In this document: piece by piece, positions 1 through 6,018 of the stretch
How positions within the stretch are numbered: position 1 is the first letter of the stretch
Layout: the number at the start of each line of letters is the position of its first letter
Assembly: GCF_006345805.1 (NCBI RefSeq)
Contig: NW_021829687.1
Location: 1-6,018 of the forward strand
Length of the DNA: 6,018 nucleotides
Reading direction: 5' to 3'
Source of the DNA: Octopus sinensis
Lineage: Eukaryota
Made by a program: the position numbers and the translations under genes
The notes under the pieces: generated by a model
Database searches by the model: none
What the model saw: the letters and a program-made list of their open reading frames with translations, nothing else
Told to the model about the DNA's origin: nothing

Positions 1-173
1 ATTCTGTTGTCCAAGGCCATTCACTGCTACCCGCCTGTACCTTTGATTCAACGAAATATCACCATCGCTATTGGAATCCTTTCATTCTGAACTAGGAAAA
101 TACTCACTTTCAAAGTCATCGCCAAAACAGAAAAAACAACTGGTGAAGTGGTGGAGCTTGGTGGAGCTTCACT

Positions 174-306
174 GAGTGGCTGAGAAGTTTGCTTCCCAAC
201 CACATGGTTCCACGTTCAGTCCCTGCATGATACCTAGGGCAAGTGCTATCTACTATAGCTCTAAGCAAACCACAGTCTTGTGACTGAATTTGGTGGACGG
301 AAACTG
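174..306 (+). mobile_element. 5' (tRNA-derived head) fragment of a cephalopod-type SINE, degraded and 3'-truncated
   Basis: GAGTGGCTG..GCTT(C/G)C..CCAACCACATGGT is shared with 5907-5949 in this window. A B-box-like GTTCAGTCC lies at 214-222; the A-box region appears partly deleted. The continuation (..GGGCAAGTG..CTACTATAGC..TTGTGA..ATTTGGT.GACGGAAACTG) matches an octopus SINE as I recall it (not searched). Confidence 0.75.
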
Positions 307-435
307 CAGCATTGATCATAAAAAATGACCGAAAAACATGTTTGCAAAGAAGAGTTGTTTGCTTCATATTCTTCGTGTGGGGATTCGGCCCATAAGAAAG
401 GAACAATTAATACAATGAAGCTGTAGGTCGTAACA

Positions 436-464
436 CCTGGGCAACGCTGGGGTGCATTGTTAGT
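436..464 (+). mobile_element. Degenerate Helitron 3' terminus (hairpin + 8-nt spacer + [C>T]TAG, followed by T); the element probably extends upstream toward ~307
   Basis: CCTGGGCAACGCTGGG-GTGCATTG-TTAG-T aligns with the intact minus-strand terminus at 1596-1624 (CCCGAGCAACGCCGGG-CGATACTG-CTAG-T) with identical spacing. Two of the differences are CG>TG. Confidence 0.6.
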
Positions 465-465
465 A

Positions 466-466
466 T

Positions 467-497
<31 letters not shown>

Positions 498-504
498 TAC
501 ACAC
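466..504. repeat. (CA)n microsatellite
   Basis: Direct reading; a few CATA interruptions. Confidence 0.95.
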
Positions 505-796
505 GAGTGAGTGAACAAACGAAAGAGAAGGGCACTCAATACATTTAGTAGGAGTTAAATGTATTATTTAAAGCAGTTTGATTCGGTTCCGTGTGACTCA
601 AAGATTCGCTGACCCCTAACAGGAGCCCGTCTCTATCATGCTTTGGTTTGCCTAATGGTTAAATAGATGTACAAAATGATTACCGGAAAATAGGCTGCTA
701 TTAGTCAAGGCGGGTCACATTGTGTTATGAAAGAATATCAGCTCCTTAGCGACATCAGTTCCATTAGATAGTGTCTACCAGCAGAAGGCTGGTGAG

Positions 797-1006
797 AGTG
801 TGAGTGTGCATATATATGTACGCATGTGTTCGTGAGGGTGTGTGAGTGTGTGATTATATGTGCTTTTGTTATTTATGTTTGCGGGCGCGCTGTGCGTGGA
901 GATATGCAGATATGTGTGTGCGTGCGAACGCGCACGAGTTTGGTGTGCGTGTGTGTGCGTATATGCCTGGAAGAATATATGCGGGCGCGAGAATGCTTCT
1001 GTTATT

Positions 1007-1039
<33 letters not shown>
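797..1039. repeat. GT/TG-rich low-complexity tract ending in (TA)n
   Basis: Degenerate (TG)n with repeated GCGGGCGCG and TGTTATTTATGT, then pure (TA)n at ~1011-1039. Confidence 0.8.
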
Positions 1040-1042
<3 letters not shown>

Positions 1043-1106
1043 TTTGATTTTGATTTTGATTTTTCCAGTTTCAGCTAATGAGCTGTGGGCATGCTGGGGC
1101 ACCGCC
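1040..1106 (-). mobile_element. Heavily 5'-truncated SINE/LINE 3' end with an (ATCAAA)n tail
   Basis: The minus strand reads GGCGGTGCCCCAGCATGCCCACAGCTCATTAGCTGAAACTGGAAAAATCAAAATCAAAATCAAAATC. It has the same GTGCYCCAGCATGGCCRCA..TGAAAC core as the SINE 3' ends at 2646-2685 and 5772-5810, but a different tail repeat. Confidence 0.75.
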
Positions 1107-1223
1107 ATATATAATATATATATATTGTCCGAAAAAATAGTTCATATTCCATGTACTTCGTACTTCGTAATATTTCTTTTTGGACACGTGTTCATGACGT
1201 CCTGTGTGCCCACATATGGCATT

Positions 1224-1224
1224 A

Positions 1225-1269
<45 letters not shown>

Positions 1270-1274
1270 GTATA

Positions 1275-1331
<57 letters not shown>

Positions 1332-1499
1332 ATATATATATATATACATACGTATAGATGTATATTATATATATATATATATATAATATATATATATACG
1401 TATAGATGTATGAACGTATACGTATGTATATATATGCTACTGACCAAACCTAAGTTATTCTAATTATTATTGATGTATGTACGTATACGTATGTATATA

Positions 1500-1581
<82 letters not shown>

Positions 1582-1596
1582 TATATATTATATATA
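1224..1596. repeat. Compound (TA)n microsatellite region with recurrent CGTATAGATG units and a short unique insert (~1438-1472)
   Basis: Direct reading; CGTATAGATG occurs at 1269, 1351 and 1399. Confidence 0.9.
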
Positions 1597-1985
1597 CTAG
1601 CAGTATCGCCCGGCGTTGCTCGGGTTTGTAAGGGAAATATTATATAAGCATTTTTAGAGATGTAAAGTATAATAGCCATCTCAATATGGCTAACCACAAA
1701 GGGGGAGGGGTGTTACTGTAGCTTTTTACGTTCTGAGATTTAATAATAATTTTAGAGAGTTACTTCCCTTATATATGTCAAAAATGGATTAAAATGGGAA
1801 AAATTGATGGTAAATTTTTTTTTAATCGTAGACTCATCGTAGACGTGCGCTAATACCCAGACGGTCTCGATATGAATCACGACTATACGATACCGTGTTT
1901 TGGTTAAACTGCACCGCAAAATGTGGGAGTAGTTAGGAATCTAAATCGTAGGAGACAGACACACAACCTCACTTTTATATATAAA
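1597..1985 (-). mobile_element. Non-autonomous Helitron-type element (~390 bp)
   Basis: The minus-strand 3' end is a GC-rich hairpin CCCGAGCAACGCCGGG (1609-1624), an 8-nt spacer, then CTAG (1597-1600) followed by T, which is the established Helitron 3' signature. The other end reads TTTATATATAAAAGTGAGGTTGTGTGTCTGTCTCC on the minus strand, typical of such elements, but the diagnostic 5'-TC is not intact. No Rep/helicase ORF. Confidence 0.75.
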
Positions 1986-2084
1986 TTTCCTCTATTTACA
2001 TAATATTGAGGTCTCTTTCTCTTCTTTCTTTGTTATCTTACTGTTTTTACCAATATACATATATATATATATAATATATATATA

Positions 2085-2404
2085 GTTACAGAGATGTACT
2101 TGCATAGCAAGTGACTTGATCTGAGATCGTGTGCTGGAACGAAAACAGTTGCAGCGTTGAAGGTGTTTATAAGCCATTTAAGAAACACACAAAAACCGTT
2201 AGATTCACTTCAACATTTAAATTTAATTTGTCAAAATATTTTCGTCGCTTTGAGACGCGACCTGTTAGCACGATATTTTTGTCAGTGAACAGGTCGCGGT
2301 CTCAAGCGACGAAAATATTTTGGCAAATTAAATTTAAATGTTGAAGTGAATGTAACGTTTTTGTGTGTTTCTTAAATGGCTTACAAACACCTTCCACGCT
2401 GCAA
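2085..2404. mobile_element. Foldback element: two inverted copies of a putative Penelope-like pseudo-LTR, TA-flanked
   Basis: Arms 2149-2266 and 2288-2404 are reverse complements, with 4 substitutions and 3 single-base indels by manual alignment. (TA)n lies at both outer ends (to 2084, and from 2405). It carries a hammerhead-like motif. The PLE assignment is inference from architecture. Confidence 0.65.
2278..2327 (+). ncRNA. Candidate type I minimal hammerhead ribozyme with G3:C8-swapped core
   Basis: Stem I TTTGTCA (2278-2284)/TGGCAAA (2321-2327), 7 bp with one G-U. Core GTGAACA (2285-2291). Extra G2292. Stem II GTCGC (2293-2297)/GCGAC (2306-2310). GAAA (2311-2314). Palindromic stem III AATATT (2314-2319). 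Putative H17 = U2320. Confidence 0.5.
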
Positions 2405-2422
2405 TATATATATACACACATA

Positions 2423-2453
<31 letters not shown>

Positions 2454-2705
2454 GTGTATATGTGTATGCATGTATGTGTGTGTGTGTGCGTGTCTGTGCT
2501 TGTGATTGTCCTCCACCACTGCTTGACAACGAATGTTGTTTGTTTACATCCCTGTCACCTAGTGGTTTGACAAAGGAAACAGATAGAATAAGTACAATGC
2601 TACAAAAATAAAACTGGAGTTGATTCATTAACTACAATTCTTCAAGGCATTGCCCCAGCATGGCCACAGACCAATGGCTGGAAAAAGCAGAAGAATAAAA
2701 GAATA
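2405..2705 (+). mobile_element. 3' half of the same SINE family (internal microsatellite, body, 3' tail)
   Basis: (TA)/(TATG)/(TG) tract, then TGCTTGACAAC..ATGTTG..TGTTTAC..GATAGAATAAGTAC..GCCCCAGCATGGCCACAG..AGAATAAAAGAATA. It aligns in-window with 5653-5830. Confidence 0.75.
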
Positions 2706-2754
2706 CATTCTCTGCTTTGGTCTTATGTTCAAGGCATGAGAAGCTTGAGTTTAC

Positions 2755-3034
2755 ATGAGAAGCCCTAACAGACCTGGTAGAAACAGCAGCCAAATCTCCC
2801 TCAAATCACACCTTACTGTCTTATGTATGTATATATATATGAGCCAATGAGGGGGACCTCTACATGGTAGCTAGACCTGGTAAAGAAAGCAGCCAAATTT
2901 CCCCCAAATCACACCTTACTGTCTTATCTATGTATATATGTATGTATGAGCCTATGAGAGAGATCCCTACATGACAGCTAGACATGGTAGAAATAGCAGC
3001 CAAATCTCCCTCAAATCACACCTTACTGTCTTAT
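2755..3034 (+). repeat. Minisatellite, ~2.6 copies of a ~105-bp unit
   Basis: AGAC(C/A)TGGTA..AGCAGCCAAAT(C/T)TCCC(T/C)CAAATCACACCTTACTGTCTTAT starts at 2770, 2873 and 2980 (periods 103 and 107). Units are separated by a variable TATG/TA spacer. Confidence 0.9.
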
Positions 3035-3080
3035 CTTTCTGCTACTTGGATATAGGTATTATATCGTCGTAAAAACTTTC

Positions 3081-3180
3081 CTGTCACACACTCACGCACA
3101 CACACACACACACCACACACACACCACCCTCACACAACACACACACGCGCGCACACACACACTCACTCACACACACGCAC
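3081..3180. repeat. Imperfect (CA)n microsatellite
   Basis: Direct reading. Confidence 0.9.
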
Positions 3181-3537
3181 GTTAGCTTACAATTTTATTT
3201 TATATATTTGCGTGTCTATGTGTGGAAATAGGAAGTGGGAGGCAGAGTGAAAGAATCACTCACTACAGTAAGGAATACTTTCATTTTATTCGTTGCCCAC
3301 TGTGTGTGTGCGTTTGCGTGTGGAGTAAACCAGACTAAAAAAGCAATTGACACACACACCAGAATGTGAGTTTTCTGTAAATTTTGCTTAATTGGAGTTT
3401 AAATTTTAAAAACTGGACCTGGCATGACGCGATGCATTGTACTCTCAAAAATGCTAGGTAAATGTAATTGAAGAAATGCTATATTGTAGATTTGTATAAC
3501 TCCCAAAGGGAGGCAGATAAAATCTGCCTTTTATAAT
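3181..3537 (-). mobile_element. Unclassified repeat fragment abutting (TA)n, possibly the 5' part of another Helitron-type element
   Basis: The minus strand starts from the TA tract with TTATTATAAAAGGCAG, similar to the TATATAAAAG start of the 1597-1985 element. Two terminal hairpins (3500-3512, 3511-3529). No CTAG/hairpin 3' end found. Confidence 0.25.
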
Positions 3538-3553
3538 AATATATATATATATT

Positions 3554-3600
<47 letters not shown>

Positions 3601-3603
3601 ATA
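3538..3603. repeat. (TA)n microsatellite
   Basis: Direct reading. Confidence 0.95.
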
Positions 3604-3608
3604 TTAAT

Positions 3609-3731
3609 TAGAGACAAAACCACTATTATGCAAATCAAACAAAGAAAGACTTAATCCAATACATATATATTGGATATGTATTGGATTAAGTCTTTCTTTG
3701 TTTGATTTGCATAATAGTGGTTTTGTCTCTA
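3609..3731. repeat. Perfect inverted repeat, 58-bp arms with a 7-nt spacer
   Basis: 3609-3666 is the exact reverse complement of 3674-3731; the spacer is ATATTGG. Pairing extends to about 3591/3748 with one bulged base. Confidence 0.95.
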
Positions 3732-3827
3732 TTAATATTATATTATATTTTACTATAAAATTGGTTCAATCCTAAATCTGATTTTTCCCTGTAAATTTGG
3801 ATTTATTCCCTAATATTTATTATTATT

Positions 3828-3874
<47 letters not shown>

Positions 3875-3913
3875 ATATAATATATATTATATATATATAT
3901 TATATATATATAT
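3828..3913. repeat. (TA)n microsatellite
   Basis: Direct reading. Confidence 0.95.
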
Positions 3914-5075
3914 ATGTTAATATAAAATAGAACATATGCATATATATAAACATATATGTACGTACCCCTACTCTACATGTACATATACACGCATATATGT
4001 GTACAGGACACCAAAAAGACGTCGAACACATAGAGAGACGAAAAACATAGACACAACCAAGGAACAGGACAAGCAAAAAAGAAAAAAAGAGATACAGGAC
4101 AATAAGCACAACGAAAAATCCCCTTCTTCAGTCGCTAAGGTTTCATCTACTCTACGTTCGAAGGATAAAAGCGAGACGTATACTTCGAAGAAACTTCCTG
4201 CGAAAAGCAAATCAATTAAAAATTCTGAGATCTTTTCGCAAGGGGTAAAAAATGGTAAAAAAGCAAGACGGTAACGACAGTACAAACATATAAACAGTAA
4301 AAAAAATATATATAAACAGTTGAAAAATAAATATATAACAGTGAGAGACAGGACAAGGAGAACAAGATAAGAAGGGCGTTGTACGCCAGACGAAAAAAGT
4401 AATGCAAAAGCTGGGATTTAGTGGACGACGAGAGAGAGAAAGAATGTCGACCAGTGGCCTTAGAAGGCGGGCGAGAAAAGACAGGATAGCAGTTACGACG
4501 GAAGTATCGTCGCAGATGGACGACGGGATGGGGAGGAGGAGCAAAGAGAGAGAGAAACAGAAGGGGAATGGTGCGAGGAGACCCATGAGAAGATGTGAGG
4601 GGGAGAGAGAATGAAGAATGAGAGAGAGAGGAAGAGACAAGTTAAGTGAGGGAAAAAGGACGAAAGAGGGATGGAGAGAAAGAAAGAAAGATGCAGAGTC
4701 GCGTGAGAGTTAATATCAAGGCTAACTTGATAAACAGAACAATCTTACTTAATAGGGTGCGTGCGTTTAGTAGTCGTATATAATGTTAATAAAATAGAAC
4801 AATATGCAATATATAAACATATATGTACGTACCTACCTCTACATGTACATATACACCGCATATATGTGTACAGGACACCAAAAAGACGTCGAACACATAG
4901 AGAGACGAAAAACATAGACACAAACCAAGGAACAGGACAAGCAAAAAAGAAAAAAAGAGATACAGGACAATAAGCACACGAAAATCCCCTTCTTCAGTCG
5001 CTAAGGTTTCATCTACTCTACGTTTTCGAAGATAAAAGCGAGACGTATACTTCGAAGAAAACTTCCTTCCTGCGA
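3914..5075. mobile_element. Non-coding TA-flanked element with ~290-bp direct terminal repeats (partial tandem, pseudo-LTR-like; putative non-autonomous PLE)
   Basis: 3914-4203 and 4783-5075 are direct repeats 869 bp apart. (TA)n lies immediately outside both ends. The interior is purine-rich on the + strand. No TG..CA termini, PBS or RT/GIY-YIG ORF seen. Confidence 0.6.
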
Positions 5076-5204
5076 TATATATATATATATATATTATTTA
5101 TATTATATATATATATGTGTATATATATTATATATATATATATACTATTTATATTATATATATGTATGTATGTATGTATATATATATGTATATATGTATG
5201 TATG

Positions 5205-5237
<33 letters not shown>

Positions 5238-5238
5238 T

Positions 5239-5269
<31 letters not shown>

Positions 5270-5280
5270 TATGTATGTAT
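5076..5280. repeat. (TA)n grading into (TATG)n microsatellite
   Basis: Direct reading. Confidence 0.95.
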
Positions 5281-5645
5281 AACGAAAATAGGGATGAAAA
5301 CATCCAATCTTTCACTGGCTCCACATGTAAATACTCAATTTTGCAGAGAAAAAACTTTACAAATTACATAGGTTTATATTAAGTTTTTAAAATGATTAGA
5401 AAATGAAGATGTATATAACAATTAGCAATTCAAAAATTTTAATTTAAATTAATTAGATTAATAGTGTATATATTATATATTCTTATAATAATACAATATA
5501 ATAAGTGATAAATATTAAACATAAATCGAATACAAATGTTTTAATTCTTGGCCATAATTAAATTATAAGAATTCATTGTTATTTGGCCAAGAAAAATCCT
5601 CAGTGTTATTTTTTATGTATATTCGGATTACTTATTAGATATGTG
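5281..5645 (-). mobile_element. AT-rich putative PLE pseudo-LTR remnant carrying a decayed hammerhead-like motif
   Basis: Minus strand: CTGAGGA (5603-5597), a 10-bp stem TTCTTGGCCA/TGGCCAAGAA (5593-5584 with 5554-5545), then TTAAAACATTTGTA. The fragment runs into the TATG tract at 5280. Confidence 0.35.
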
Positions 5646-5652
5646 AATCTTA

Positions 5653-5830
5653 ATGTTGGTGTGTTTTTGCCCACCCACCCATACGTACCGCAGCGCTTCG
5701 GCAAAAGAGCCGATAGAATAAGTACTGGTTTTACATAGAATAAATCTTGGAGGTCGAGTTGTTCGACTAAAGGGTGTGCTCCAGCATGGCCGCACTCAAA
5801 TGACTGAAACAAGTAAAAGAGTAAAAGAGA
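5653..5830 (+). mobile_element. 3' half of the SINE with a (GTAAAAGA)2 tail
   Basis: TTCGGCAAAAGAGCCGATAGAATAAGTACT..GGTCGAGTTGTTCGACTAAAGG..GTGCTCCAGCATGGCCGCA..TGACTGAAACAAGTAAAAGAGTAAAAGAG; homologous to 2530-2705. Confidence 0.8.
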
Positions 5831-5898
5831 ATATATATATATATATATATATATATATCTATATATATATATATATACGTATATATATATGTATGTAT
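5831..5898. repeat. (TA)n microsatellite
   Basis: Direct reading. Confidence 0.95.
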
Positions 5899-5949
5899 AG
5901 GCGTTGGAGTGGCTGTGGTGGTAAGTGGCTTGCATACCAACCACATGGT
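5899..5949 (+). mobile_element. SINE 5' head fragment (A-box region) truncated by (TA)n
   Basis: AGGCGTTGGAGTGGCTGTGGTGGTAAGTGGCTTGCATACCAACCACATGGT contains an A-box-like TGGCTGTGGTGG and is homologous to 174-209. Confidence 0.75.
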
Positions 5950-5969
5950 ATATATATATATATATATTA

Positions 5970-6018
5970 TAATTAGAGTTTAGCAAGAAGTTGCTTCACC
6001 ACATACCGAAAATTTAGA
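5970..6018. mobile_element. Terminus of another TA-flanked repeat, running off the window
   Basis: It begins TAATTAGAG directly at a TA tract, the same junction motif as 3605-3613. Confidence 0.35.

Noticed and set aside
1-150. Minus-strand acidic reading DDFESEYFPSSE*KDSNSDGDISLNQ, vaguely like a transposase N-terminal acidic tract, and a GTGAGT donor-like site at ~103-108
   Set aside because: Interrupted by a stop, short and low-information, and no supporting exon structure. It would need tBLASTx and upstream/downstream context.
174-240. tRNA gene
   Set aside because: Only A/B-box-like remnants continuing into SINE body; no cloverleaf.
505-537. GAGTGA-GTGAACA-AAC-GAAA..CACTC, a second GUGAACA/GAAA juxtaposition
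   Set aside because: There is no stem II between the core and GAAA, and no stem III; likely chance.
746-755. CCTTAGCGAC matches the reverse complement of 4131-4140
   Set aside because: Isolated 10-bp match; many are expected by chance in 6 kb.
540-796. Only sizeable non-repetitive stretch; possible regulatory or conserved element
   Set aside because: No diagnostic feature is visible from sequence alone; needs cross-species conservation or chromatin data.
1160-1203. Minus-strand GTCA-TGAACA..GAAATATT resembling the 2278 motif
   Set aside because: Position 3 is missing, stem II cannot form next to GAAA, and stem I is only 3 bp.
2755-3034. Repeat-spacer pattern superficially like a CRISPR array
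   Set aside because: Eukaryotic context, spacers are homologous to each other and microsatellite-derived, and there are no cas genes.
4105-4145. CTGAAGA hammerhead core on the minus strand (also ~4985-5010)
   Set aside because: No stem II or GAAA follows it. The GAAAC upstream is only 8 nt away, too close for a type II/III topology.
3914-5075. LTR retrotransposon / TRIM interpretation
   Set aside because: Terminal repeats lack paired TG..CA ends, and no PBS or adjacent PPT or TSD is evident.
116-5986. All ORFs in the six-frame track
   Set aside because: They are IY/YI, CV and TH repeats from microsatellites, or K/R- and L/F/S-rich translations of purine/pyrimidine-skewed repeat sequence. 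No recognisable domain (no RT, GIY-YIG, Rep/helicase or transposase motif).

Overview
AT-rich eukaryotic non-coding DNA (intron or intergenic) with no credible protein-coding gene. Every ORF in the track comes from microsatellite or low-complexity sequence. The window is a mosaic of short mobile-element fragments separated by (TA)n, (CA)n and (TATG)n tracts. The tRNA-derived SINE pieces and the Helitron-type element resemble repeats I recall from octopus (coleoid cephalopod) genomes; this is recognition, not a database result. Contents: four fragments of one SINE family plus a related 3' tail, two Helitron 3' termini, a ~105-bp minisatellite, a ~118-bp-arm foldback (2149-2404), a 58-bp-arm perfect palindrome (3609-3731), and a TA-flanked 1.16-kb element with ~290-bp direct terminal repeats (3914-5075). 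Several of these have the architecture of non-autonomous Penelope-like elements (PLEs). The most notable observation is a complete type I hammerhead-ribozyme-like fold at 2278-2327 (+). Its core reads GUGAACA, the G3:C8 compensatory swap of canonical CUGANGA, and it has a palindromic minimal stem III, so a standard CUGANGA search would miss it. A second, apparently decayed hammerhead-like motif with a canonical core lies on the minus strand at ~5518-5620. Ribozyme activity and all family assignments are untested inference.
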